A DNA stretch of 32,000 nt from Desulfobulbus propionicus DSM 2032. GTDB taxonomy: Bacteria; Desulfobacterota; Desulfobulbia; Desulfobulbales; Desulfobulbaceae. Shown in pieces: positions 1-7,968 of the stretch. The first letter of the stretch is position 1; each line of letters opens with the position of its first letter. The notes beneath the pieces were generated by a model. The model was not told the DNA's origin, searched no databases, and saw only the letters and a list, made by a program, of their open reading frames with translations. Both the position numbers and the translations under genes were made by a program. The DNA lies in assembly GCF_000186885.1 (NCBI RefSeq), contig NC_014972.1:300001-332000 (forward strand), read 5' to 3'.

Positions 1-56
1 AAGCCGAGCTTTCGCCTCAATCTCCACAATTGAAGCCGCTCGACCGGTCACACAGC

Positions 57-596
57 CTACTTCCCGGCGTCAGGGCCGGATGTGTCAAGGTGTTGCCGCA
101 TGAGTGCGGAAGGGCACGCTGCATCGGTGAGAATTGCGCTGCCACTTTTCAGTTCACGGATGCGGTTCTGGTACAATTGTTCTCGACATTCAGAATAAAT
201 GTTGAATGCGGTCAATGCGATCCCGTCAATGGTGCAATCCAGTTGATCGAGAAGGCCAAGCAATGGCTTGGTCTCCTTGTCAAGGGAGAAAACCTGCTTC
301 ACGACCCATTTCAATTCAAGAAAAGGCGCCACGGCCTGTGCCGGAGTGAAGTCCTGCACAGCTCGGATCCTGACGACCTGATCGATCGGCTGGCAATAGG
401 CCTGTTGGTCGGTATCTGTGAGCAACAGTTCGTAGATGGATGTCAGGCCGGCAGAAATGTTGCTTCCCACGGGATTGGCAAACGGATCCTGTGACTGTTT
501 GAAAAATCCAGGTGAGGCGTAACTGTCAAGCGTCCGCTCAATCCACAACGAAAGGATCTCTTTCTTCTTGTTTGCCAGCGCCTTCTGCAGTTCCAT
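57..596 (-). CDS. RsbRD N-terminal domain-containing protein (179 aa)
   Basis: ORF 57..776(-). From the internal ATG at 596 the translation (MELQKALANKKKEILSLWIERTLDSY...) resembles the RsbRD_N family. Residues upstream of that Met are read through IS end sequence, so the start was trimmed to 596. Confidence 0.6.
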   Translation of the reverse strand: MELQKALANKKKEILSLWIERTLDSYASPGFFKQSQDPFANPVGSNISAGLTSIYELLLTDTDQQAYCQPIDQVVRIRAVQDFTPAQAVAPFLELKWVVKQVFSLDKETKPLLGLLDQLDCTIDGIALTAFNIYSECREQLYQNRIRELKSGSAILTDAACPSALMRQHLDTSGPDAGK

Positions 597-660
597 GGTG
601 CACAACTCTCGCCCATCATCTGGAGGGCGTTGGAGATCAATGTAATTTCCCTTGGGTAAA

Positions 661-679
661 CCCCCGGCTTTGCCGGGGG
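661..679 (+). repeat. IS left-end subterminal hairpin (cccccggctttgccggggg)
   Basis: Perfect 7-bp stem with a 5-nt loop. The core ccggctttgccgg recurs at the right end. Confidence 0.6.
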
Positions 680-713
680 ACAACAACAGTTTGACAGTTC
701 CTGCAAAATAAAG

Positions 714-760
714 AAGCCTCCCGCCTCGTGAACCGGTCAAAGTCACGAAAAAGGAGGCTT
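714..760 (+). promoter_or_regulatory. Stem-loop sequestering the tnpA Shine-Dalgarno sequence
   Basis: aagcctcc (714..721) is the exact reverse complement of ggaggctt (753..760). The right arm contains the AAGGAGG SD just upstream of the ATG at 762. This is analogous to the RBS-occluding hairpin described for Salmonella IS200. Confidence 0.5.
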
Positions 761-761
761 C

Positions 762-1193
762 ATGAACGACATACAATGTTTAAGCCACACAAGATGGGAT
801 TGCAAGTTCCATGTAGTGTGGATACCGAAATGCCGAAGAAAAATACTCTATGGCCAACTTCGGAAAAATCTGGGTGATGTGTTCCATGATCTTGCACGGC
901 AAAAAGAAAGTCGGATTGTCGAGGGGCATTTGCAGCCCGATCATGTGCACATGCTACTGTCGATCCCGCCGAAGTATTCGGTGGCCCAGGTTGTGGGCTA
1001 CATGAAAGGGAAAAGTGCGATTTACATCGCACGCAATTACCTTGGGCAAAAGAAGAACTACAATGGGATGCACTTTTGGGCACGGGGCTATTTTGTGTCA
1101 ACCGTTGGTGCCGACGAGGCAATGGTTCGCGCATATATCCGTAACCAGGAGCAAGAGGATCAGCGAGTCGAACAACTGAACTTGTTTAAATAG
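762..1193 (+). CDS. tnpA: IS200/IS605 family transposase TnpA (Y1 HUH)
   Basis: 143 aa. HUH motif HVHMLL and C-terminal catalytic Tyr context (RAYIRNQ). CKFHVVWIPKCRRKIL is typical of IS200 TnpA. Confidence 0.95.
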   Translation: MNDIQCLSHTRWDCKFHVVWIPKCRRKILYGQLRKNLGDVFHDLARQKESRIVEGHLQPDHVHMLLSIPPKYSVAQVVGYMKGKSAIYIARNYLGQKKNYNGMHFWARGYFVSTVGADEAMVRAYIRNQEQEDQRVEQLNLFK

Positions 1194-1261
1194 GCGACCA
1201 CCATATGGTGGTCAGATAATATTTTAAAGAGACCGCTTTGAGCGGTTCACAGTCTTTCAAG

Positions 1262-1280
1262 CCACCGGCTTTGCCGGTGG
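1262..1280 (+). repeat. IS right-end subterminal hairpin (ccaccggctttgccggtgg)
   Basis: Perfect 7-bp stem with the same loop and core as the left-end hairpin. Preceded by two more hairpins: an 18-nt palindrome at 1196..1213 and accgctttgagcggt at 1232..1246. Confidence 0.6.
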
Positions 1281-1385
1281 TTCTGACTCTGTCAATATTT
1301 CAGCAATCTTTCAGCCATTAAAAATGAATGGCGATTCATGCACCGCATGCTCTAGCATGATTGCTGATTTGTTTCAAGAAAAAAT

Positions 1386-3530
1386 TTATCGGGAGGCTCC
1401 TGCCGACAGGCCCGCATTTCTTCCGTCTTTGAAGAGAAAGAGAGCAACCTGGATATACGGATCGGTGGCGACCAGCTCATCCAGCTTTTTCTCTTCGACC
1501 GGTTCACCGTCGTCCTCTCCGTTGCCGGTCAGCAATCCAGCATCCTTCGCCTCCTTTCGGGTGGCCGCCAGTTCCAGTCGCTCTTGCCACATGCCGTCGA
1601 GAAACACCGCCACATGGGTCTGTTTTGCTCGTGCCTTCGCTTTCCCCGTCTCCTGCCTGATCTTCTGAAAGGCGGTATTCTTTTCGGCCCACTGTGTGCC
1701 CTTCTGGCGGAGCTGTTCGGTAATCAACCGGTCGCCATTCCATTGCGCGAAATCCACTTGCTCGACCTGGTCCCAGGGCAGGGAATAATCCATATATTTT
1801 TCGCCCGTTTCCAGATAATCAAACATCGAGGGCACCACGAGATCCGGCTCCACCCCCTTATATTGCGTCGAGCCACCATTGATACGATAGAATTTTTGAA
1901 TGGTCAGTTTCAGCGCGCCCAGATCGTCGTATTTCTGCAGATGCAAGAGCGGCAGATTTCTATTCATGTCCATCATCGCCTGGACGGTACCCTTGCCGTG
2001 GGTGTGCTCGCCGCCGATAATGAAGGCCCTGCCGTAATCCTGCAGTGCCGCCGCCAGAATCTCCGATGCCGAGGCACTGAACTGGTTGACCAGCACGATT
2101 AGGGGGCCATCGTAGGCGACATCGGGATCTTCGTCCTCAAGCACGCGGACGCTGCCTTGTGAATCCTTGACCTGGACCACCGGGCCACCAGGAAGGAAGA
2201 GGCCTGAAATCTGCACCGCATCGGTGAGCGCTCCGCCGCCATTATTGCGCAGATCGAGAATCAGGCCGCTGATTTTCTGCTGTTTGAGCTTGATCAGTTC
2301 CGCCAGGGTGTCGTCACTGACGTTACGGCTCTCCTTGCCATTGCTTTGTGCAACGAAATCACGGTAAAAACTCGGGATTCGCAGATAGCCGATGGCGTGT
2401 TTTCCCTGTTTGACCACCGTGGATTTGACATAGGTTTCTTCAATCCGCACCACATCGCGGATGATTGGAATGGTACGTTTGCTGCCGTCGGGCTTTTGCA
2501 CGGTCAGGCGCACTTCGGTGCCCTTGGGGCCTCGAATATAGCCAACGGCCTCGCGAATGCGCATTTCGGAAATATCAACCGGCTCCCCATTCTTTTCGGA
2601 AACCGCGAGAATGGTGTCCTCGGCCTGCAACTGGCCCTGTTTTTCCGCAGCGCTACCTGGAATGATCCGGATGACTTTGATCAGGCCATCATCTTCACGC
2701 AGGAGCGCGCCGATCCCTTCCAGCGAACCGCTCATCTGGATATCGAAGTCTTCCTTTGATGAGGGAGCCATGTAGTCACTGTGCGGGTCAAAGGCTCGCG
2801 CCACCGCATCGAAATAACGGTCGTAATGATCCTGCCGCGATTGCTGCTCCAGCCGGTTCAGCGCCCGGTGCGTGCTTTCGCGCACCTTCTTGATCGCCTC
2901 CTTCAATTCGGCTGGATGGTGTTCGGGGCTGATCTGTTTGACAATATCCGGTTGTTGCGCCTTCTTGTCCTCAAGCAGATCGAAATAGGTATCGATCACC
3001 TGCATTTTGAGCGTCAGGCGCCAGCGTTCCTGCAGTGCTTCCCTATTTTCGGCAAAAGTGAGTTTTTTGGGCTCGATTTCAAGGTATTCCAAGTGGTTGA
3101 GATCGAATCCCCGATCGAGGAGCGGATCGATCAGTTTCTTCACCTGGCGGATGCGGTCGTTAAGCAGTTCCATGCCCGCGTCCGGCAGCACCACATTGCC
3201 GCGGCTCAGTTCGTCATCCACATGGGTGGCAAAGGCGTTGAGCTGGTTGACGTCGGATTGAAGCAAAAATCGCTTGCGGGGATCGAGCTGCCGCAGATAC
3301 AGGTCAAACGCCTTGCGCGACAGGTTGTCATCCAGGGATTCGTGACTGAAGTGTTGCGCCGGCAATTGCTGGCTGAGGATCAGGGCGATCAGTTGATTGC
3401 GGTCTTCGTCGAATGCCTCGGGAGCAGCCTTCTTCGCCTGACACGCGGTGATGAACGTCAGGAGAAAAAGAGCGCAAAGAGCGCATACAGGGAGGGCACG
3501 TCGGGAGAATATGGGAGCGCGATATTTCAT
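1386..3530 (-). CDS. prc: Carboxy-terminal processing (tail-specific) protease, S41 family, lipoprotein
   Basis: 714 aa. Signal peptide with lipobox (LTFITAC). PDZ-like region followed by an S41 core (LILDLRNNGGG...NQFSASASEI). Confidence 0.85.
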   Translation of the reverse strand: MKYRAPIFSRRALPVCALCALFLLTFITACQAKKAAPEAFDEDRNQLIALILSQQLPAQHFSHESLDDNLSRKAFDLYLRQLDPRKRFLLQSDVNQLNAFATHVDDELSRGNVVLPDAGMELLNDRIRQVKKLIDPLLDRGFDLNHLEYLEIEPKKLTFAENREALQERWRLTLKMQVIDTYFDLLEDKKAQQPDIVKQISPEHHPAELKEAIKKVRESTHRALNRLEQQSRQDHYDRYFDAVARAFDPHSDYMAPSSKEDFDIQMSGSLEGIGALLREDDGLIKVIRIIPGSAAEKQGQLQAEDTILAVSEKNGEPVDISEMRIREAVGYIRGPKGTEVRLTVQKPDGSKRTIPIIRDVVRIEETYVKSTVVKQGKHAIGYLRIPSFYRDFVAQSNGKESRNVSDDTLAELIKLKQQKISGLILDLRNNGGGALTDAVQISGLFLPGGPVVQVKDSQGSVRVLEDEDPDVAYDGPLIVLVNQFSASASEILAAALQDYGRAFIIGGEHTHGKGTVQAMMDMNRNLPLLHLQKYDDLGALKLTIQKFYRINGGSTQYKGVEPDLVVPSMFDYLETGEKYMDYSLPWDQVEQVDFAQWNGDRLITEQLRQKGTQWAEKNTAFQKIRQETGKAKARAKQTHVAVFLDGMWQERLELAATRKEAKDAGLLTGNGEDDGEPVEEKKLDELVATDPYIQVALFLFKDGRNAGLSAGASR

Positions 3531-3603
3531 AGGAGTCGGGTTCTATTCCCGCAAGAAGGAGGAGAAGCGGTCATGAGGCGGACAGCAGCGGAGGGACCAT
3601 TGA

Positions 3604-4218
3604 TTAATAAGGGCTGAGTATCTTGTCGGCGGCGGTCATCGCCTGCATGATTTCATGCATATTGGAAATGTGGCCCACCTGGATGGCTGATTTCAACTTG
3701 AAAAAATCAAGACAGGTGCCACAGGCGAGGATTTCAACACCCAGATCCTGGAGCCGCTTGAGTGCGTCGAGCCCCCCCGATGCAGCGGCGACCAGTTTGA
3801 CACCGCTGTTGTAAAAAATGATTTTTTCCGGCAACGGGCTGACATCCTTGATGGTTTGAATATAGGTTTGCATTAGGGCCCAGCCGAGTTCGTCGCTACC
3901 CCGTCCCATAGTATCCGAGGCGATCACGTAGATCAGCTTTGGCGCGGTTGGGATCGTGCATCGATACTCCTCCGCGCCAACGGATTGCGCACTCTGGCCG
4001 GCCGTGGCAGTGATGGTCAGGGCGAAACCGCCGCCGGGTCGGTTGGCGCATGCCACGGCATGCCCCTGGCTTTGAGCGAAACGGCTGACATTGTTCCGCG
4101 AGGCCTCGTTGTCGACCAAGACCTCAATGCAGGTGACTCCCTGCTCCAGGGCTTCCTTGACCCGCAGAACAGGCTGGGGACAGGAAAGGCCGATGCAGTC
4201 GAGGACAACAGGTTTCAT
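3604..4218 (-). CDS. yedF: Sulfurtransferase-like selenium metabolism protein YedF (TusA-like plus DsrE-like domains)
   Basis: 204 aa. N-terminal TusA motif LSCPQPV. The C-terminal half resembles the YedF/DsrE-like fold (ACGTCLDFF). Confidence 0.8.
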   Translation of the reverse strand: MKPVVLDCIGLSCPQPVLRVKEALEQGVTCIEVLVDNEASRNNVSRFAQSQGHAVACANRPGGGFALTITATAGQSAQSVGAEEYRCTIPTAPKLIYVIASDTMGRGSDELGWALMQTYIQTIKDVSPLPEKIIFYNSGVKLVAAASGGLDALKRLQDLGVEILACGTCLDFFKLKSAIQVGHISNMHEIMQAMTAADKILSPY

Positions 4219-4272
4219 GGACAGACTCCCAACGCAAGGCTATGCAATGCGGACAAACGGTTCATGCGCATG

Positions 4273-5196
4273 TTACAGGATAATTTCCTGCCCTTCCCGG
4301 GCAAAAAAGATACGCAGGGGATGATTTGCATCCGTGGTGCAGTACAAGTCGGTCATGGCATCCAACTGGTCATCGCTGCGCTCCGGATCATGATGAAACA
4401 GGGCCAGTTGCTTGACCTCTGCCCGAGCGGCGGCGGCTATCGCATCCTCGATCGGCGTATGGCCCCAGCCAACCTTGCCTTGTTCATATTCGACCCTGGT
4501 GTACTGCGCGTCATGGACCAGCAGATCGGCGCCTCTGAAAAAATTTTCCAGCACCTGGTTTTGCTCGCGGGCCGCTTCCTCGCCTTCCTGGGCCATCAAC
4601 TCGTCGTAGTTGGAGGCATTGGGGTCGGTGACGAACAGGTTGCGAAACGGTTCGGTGTCGTAGGCGGTGCAGAAAACCGCGCCCCGGAAACTGAAACGGT
4701 AGCCCAAGGTGGTGATGGGGTGATTGATGATCGCGGTCGACAGGGTGATGCCGTCGCCAAGATCGATCATTGGTTCTTCCTTGAGCCGCTGGTATTCAAT
4801 GCTGCTGGCGAGTTCGCCCATGTTGACTGGAAAATAGCGGTACTTCATTTGACCGCCGACCACCGCCTCCAGAGGTTCATCCTCATAAGTCACCGGACCA
4901 AAGACCTTGATCCGGGTTCCAGGAATGTACACCGGCACGAAAAAGGGGAAGCCCATGATATGGTCCCAGTGGGTATGGGATAAGTAGATCTCCGTCGAGA
5001 TCGGCCCCTTGGGAAGATCGTTGGCGAGCATGAAGTTGGCTAGGTCACGGATGCCGGAACCAGCGTCAATGATGACGTGCCGGTTCACTTCGGGAAAGCG
5101 CAGCTCGATGCAGGCGGTATTGCCGCCGTATTTCATGGTCTTTGGGCCGGGGCAGGGGATAGACCCGCGTACACCCCAGAATTTGACTTTGATCAT
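4273..5196 (-). CDS. MBL-fold metallo-hydrolase
   Basis: 307 aa. HxHxDH motif (SHTHWDH). N-terminus MIKVKFWGVRGSIPCPG is typical of this MBL subgroup. Confidence 0.8.
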   Translation of the reverse strand: MIKVKFWGVRGSIPCPGPKTMKYGGNTACIELRFPEVNRHVIIDAGSGIRDLANFMLANDLPKGPISTEIYLSHTHWDHIMGFPFFVPVYIPGTRIKVFGPVTYEDEPLEAVVGGQMKYRYFPVNMGELASSIEYQRLKEEPMIDLGDGITLSTAIINHPITTLGYRFSFRGAVFCTAYDTEPFRNLFVTDPNASNYDELMAQEGEEAAREQNQVLENFFRGADLLVHDAQYTRVEYEQGKVGWGHTPIEDAIAAAARAEVKQLALFHHDPERSDDQLDAMTDLYCTTDANHPLRIFFAREGQEIIL

Positions 5197-5235
5197 TGGC
5201 GCATCCCAAGTGGAAGAAGGAAAAGTGAGGTCATG

Positions 5236-6093
5236 TCAGACTTTGAGAAAGATTTCCGCCTTGGTGATTTCCGCATCGACCGTTTCCCGGAGGCCGACAA
5301 CGGTATTCCACTTGAGCCCGCACAACTCCAGCAACGCTTCGAGCCGGGTTTCGTCGGGAAAGCGATTGCCGGCATAGCCGATATCGAAGAGACAGACATA
5401 AAAATCGGCCAGGGCCACGGTGGCCACCAAAGCCCGGTGCTCCGCAGCCGCATCCCACGGCGAGTGGTGATGACAGATGGCGTCGGTGATGACGGCGTTG
5501 AGCTTCCACTTGGCGGCAATCATCTCGCCAACTTCCTCGTGGTCGATTTCCATCATTTTCCTTTCCAGGGCATTGAGGGGCTCCTGAACCTTCAATGTCT
5601 GGGCAAGGACTTCGCTGTACTCGTCGCCAAAGGGGATTTTGCCGAGATCGTGGAGCAGGCCGGCGACAAAATATTCCTCCCGTTCGGCCAGGGGCAGACC
5701 GCGCTCGGCGGCGAGCAGCTTGGCCATGACACCCACCCCGATGGAGTGTGCCCAGAATGCCTTGATGGGGAGGGCCTTGGATTTTTTGGCTTGGCCGACA
5801 CTGCGGATGATGGCGGTGGACAGGGCAAGGTTCTTGACCGTGTTCAAGCCCAGCATGATAATCGCCCGGGTCAGGGAGGTGACCTTGTTGACTAGGGAGT
5901 AGTAGGCGGAATTGATCAGCTTGAGAACCTGTCCGGTCAGGACCGGATCAAGGGAAATGACCTTGTTGAGGTCGTTGGGCGCGGTGTCCGGTCGGCTGCA
6001 GATCTCCAGCACCTTGCCGACCGTGGTCGACAGGCTTGGCATTTTATCAACGACAACGCGGATTTTATCCAGCTTGGTGTTTCGTTCGAGCAT
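5236..6093 (-). CDS. HDOD domain-containing signalling protein
   Basis: HDOD-type sequence (MPSLSTTVGKVLEI...DLNKVISLDPVLTGQVLKLINSAYY...HDLGK). The track ORF starts at a TTG at 6141. I prefer the ATG at 6093 because the predicted promoter at 6154..6182 would leave no leader for 6141. Confidence 0.8.
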   Translation of the reverse strand: MLERNTKLDKIRVVVDKMPSLSTTVGKVLEICSRPDTAPNDLNKVISLDPVLTGQVLKLINSAYYSLVNKVTSLTRAIIMLGLNTVKNLALSTAIIRSVGQAKKSKALPIKAFWAHSIGVGVMAKLLAAERGLPLAEREEYFVAGLLHDLGKIPFGDEYSEVLAQTLKVQEPLNALERKMMEIDHEEVGEMIAAKWKLNAVITDAICHHHSPWDAAAEHRALVATVALADFYVCLFDIGYAGNRFPDETRLEALLELCGLKWNTVVGLRETVDAEITKAEIFLKV

Positions 6094-6153
6094 GGAGACA
6101 GGGGGTAGCGACAGAAGCGGGGCAAACGACACCGGAGCCAATACAATTCGCCT

Positions 6154-6182
6154 ATAATAAATGAACCAACAGGGGAGGTCAA
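6154..6182 (-). promoter_or_regulatory. Sigma70-type promoter for the HDOD/MBL/yedF/prc gene string
   Basis: On the minus strand: TTGACC (6182..6177), a 17-nt spacer, then TATTAT (6159..6154). Confidence 0.45.
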
Positions 6183-6207
6183 GCGGAGGGGAGAGTTTTC
6201 TCCGAGA

Positions 6208-6396
6208 TTAACAACCGTGTTTAATCAAAAAATTTCGCACCATTTCCTCCATCAGTTGCAGCTGGTTCTGCCCCGTTTCATTGATCCGGATCCAGAGGCA
6301 GCGTTGGAATGCCCGGTGGAGGTCCTCGGGAACGAGCAGCTTCAATTCGACCAGTTTGCGGTCGTGTCCTTCTGGCCCATGATCATCCGCGTTCAT
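6208..6396 (-). CDS. Small hypothetical protein, possible ribbon-helix-helix (ParG/Arc-like) DNA-binding protein, 62 aa
   Basis: Tail of track ORF 6208..6636. ATG at 6396 with GGTGG 6 nt upstream. It overlaps the hisA stop by 14 nt. The pattern is strand (KLVELKLLV), helix (PEDLHRAFQRCLW), helix (QLQLMEEMVRNFLIKH). Confidence 0.5.
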   Translation of the reverse strand: MNADDHGPEGHDRKLVELKLLVPEDLHRAFQRCLWIRINETGQNQLQLMEEMVRNFLIKHGC

Positions 6397-7144
6397 GATA
6401 GGCCACCACGTCTTGATAGCGCAAACCGGAGCCGCCGAAAATGTCGAGGGCCGACCCCACGGTGACGTCAATCCGCCCACGACCGCTGATCCGGATGTGA
6501 TCCAGGTCGGCCATGCTGGCGACACCGCCGGCATAGGTGGTGGGCACCGGGGCAGCGTCGGCCAACAGTTCCAGCAGGCGGGTATCGATGCCCATGCACT
6601 TGCCCTCGACATCCACCGCATGGACGAGAAACTCATCGCACGAGGCAGCCAAATTGTCCAAGGTTGCCGGAGTAATCCGCAGTTGGGTGAATTTTTGCCA
6701 GCGATCGGTGACCACGTAATAGCCGTCCCCGTGCCAGCGGCAGCTCAGGTCGAGCACCAGGCGTTCTTTGCCGACCAGCCGGGTCAGACGGTCGAGCCGC
6801 TGTTGGTCCAGCTGTCCGTCATGGAACACATGGGAGGTGACGATGACATGGGAGGCGCCGTGGTCGAGCCAATGGGCGGCGTTGTCGAGGGTGATGCCGC
6901 CGCCCACCTGCAAGCCGCCCGGCCAGGCCGCCAAAGCCTCGCGGGCCGCCGCCTCGTTGCCGGGACCAAGCATGATCACATGACCGCCGGTGAGCTGGTC
7001 GCGCCGGTACATGTCGGCGTAGTGGGAGGGGGGGAATGGGGAGGAGAAATTGGTTTGCAGCCGCGCCGGATCGTCGCCCAGGCTGGAGCCGACGATCTGT
7101 TTTACCTTGCCGTCATGGAGATCGATACAGGGGCGGAATCGCAT
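6383..7144 (-). CDS. hisA: ProFAR isomerase, eukaryote (HIS6) type HisA
   Basis: Collinear with yeast His6 as I recall it (RFRPCIDLHDGKVKQIVG, LQVGGGI, VIVTS, VLDLSCR, FLVHAVDVEG, YAGG, SALDIFGG). I prefer the second ATG at 7144 (MRFRPCIDL) over 7153. Confidence 0.85.
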   Translation of the reverse strand: MRFRPCIDLHDGKVKQIVGSSLGDDPARLQTNFSSPFPPSHYADMYRRDQLTGGHVIMLGPGNEAAAREALAAWPGGLQVGGGITLDNAAHWLDHGASHVIVTSHVFHDGQLDQQRLDRLTRLVGKERLVLDLSCRWHGDGYYVVTDRWQKFTQLRITPATLDNLAASCDEFLVHAVDVEGKCMGIDTRLLELLADAAPVPTTYAGGVASMADLDHIRISGRGRIDVTVGSALDIFGGSGLRYQDVVAYHERG

Positions 7145-7158
7145 AGCAGGCATCCCTG

Positions 7159-7195
7159 AAAAAAAAGGGGCTGCCGGTGGTGTCCGACAGCCCCT
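7159..7195 (-). terminator. Rho-independent terminator after the ATPase gene
   Basis: On the minus strand: AGGGGCTG, a 14-nt loop, CAGCCCCT, then T8 (7166..7159). Confidence 0.75.
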
Positions 7196-7214
7196 GGTTG
7201 GTGCGGGAACGAGA

Positions 7215-7910
7215 TTACATTTCCTTGACCATCATGGTGGTGGGATCGAGGCGCAGGCCCTTGCCGCCCTCCACCTGCTCGCCGTAGTTGCGGATGATGT
7301 CGAGCTGTATGGTGGCATCCTGTTCCGGTTTGAGCAGGATGATCATGTCAAAGAGATCGTCTATCTCATGGCAAGGCGCGGGCACGCCGGCCGGAGAGAC
7401 GCGCTTGTCCTCCCGATGGCAGATGGCCGAGAACCAAGCCTGCATGTTCATGTTTTCCATCAGGTTCTTGATGTCTTCCAACGCTTCGCGGTCGGTGTTG
7501 ACGAAGTCAAAACCATCGACGATCAGGCAGTTGGGGCGGAAGATGTCCTGCAACACCAGGTCGTTGAGCCGCTCTTCCAGGCGTGACCGGCTGAAAGCCG
7601 CCACTTTGAAGGTCATGATCATCCGGTGACGGGCGACCATGTCGATCAGTTCGTGCGGTCGGTTGACGCTGTGCTCCTGGAGAATCAGCCCCAGGATGTC
7701 GTCATACCAGGTCTTGGTTTTTTCGATCGACTCACCGATGCTGACATGGATGACCCGTTTGCCCCGAAGAATAGCGTCCAGGGCGATCTGGACCAACAGA
7801 GCGGTCTTGCCGAGACCGGCGCGGGCCATGACCAGCCCCATCTGATTGTTCTCTCCGCTCATGTTCAGAACCCTGAGCGGGTTCTGCTGAACTAGTGGTT
7901 CGTATCCCAT
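7215..7910 (-). CDS. Orphan RecA-superfamily P-loop ATPase (DnaB C-terminal / KaiC-like domain only), 231 aa
   Basis: Walker A LVMARAGLGKTALLVQIA resembles DnaB IIIAARPSMGKTAF. Walker B is CLIVDGFD. Strong RBS AAGAGGTGG. There is no helicase N-terminal domain. Confidence 0.7.
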   Translation of the reverse strand: MGYEPLVQQNPLRVLNMSGENNQMGLVMARAGLGKTALLVQIALDAILRGKRVIHVSIGESIEKTKTWYDDILGLILQEHSVNRPHELIDMVARHRMIMTFKVAAFSRSRLEERLNDLVLQDIFRPNCLIVDGFDFVNTDREALEDIKNLMENMNMQAWFSAICHREDKRVSPAGVPAPCHEIDDLFDMIILLKPEQDATIQLDIIRNYGEQVEGGKGLRLDPTTMMVKEM

Positions 7911-7968
7911 AATTCCACCTCTTAACGGTTAACTCTCACGTGTATGTCGATTACAGCGGAACGCCGGT

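Larger units (their letters stand above)
642..1290 (+). mobile_element. IS200/IS605-family insertion sequence, IS200 type (tnpA only). Boundaries are approximate.
   Basis: A Y1/HUH transposase ORF is flanked by subterminal hairpins sharing the 13-nt core ccggctttgccgg (661..679 and 1262..1280). The size of about 650 bp is typical for IS200. There is no tnpB. Confidence 0.75.

Noticed and set aside
597-776. N-terminal 60-residue extension of the RsbRD_N ORF (track start 776)
   Set aside because: The extension is translated from IS200 left-end and tnpA 5' sequence on the opposite strand. The family-like sequence begins at Met61 (ATG at 596).
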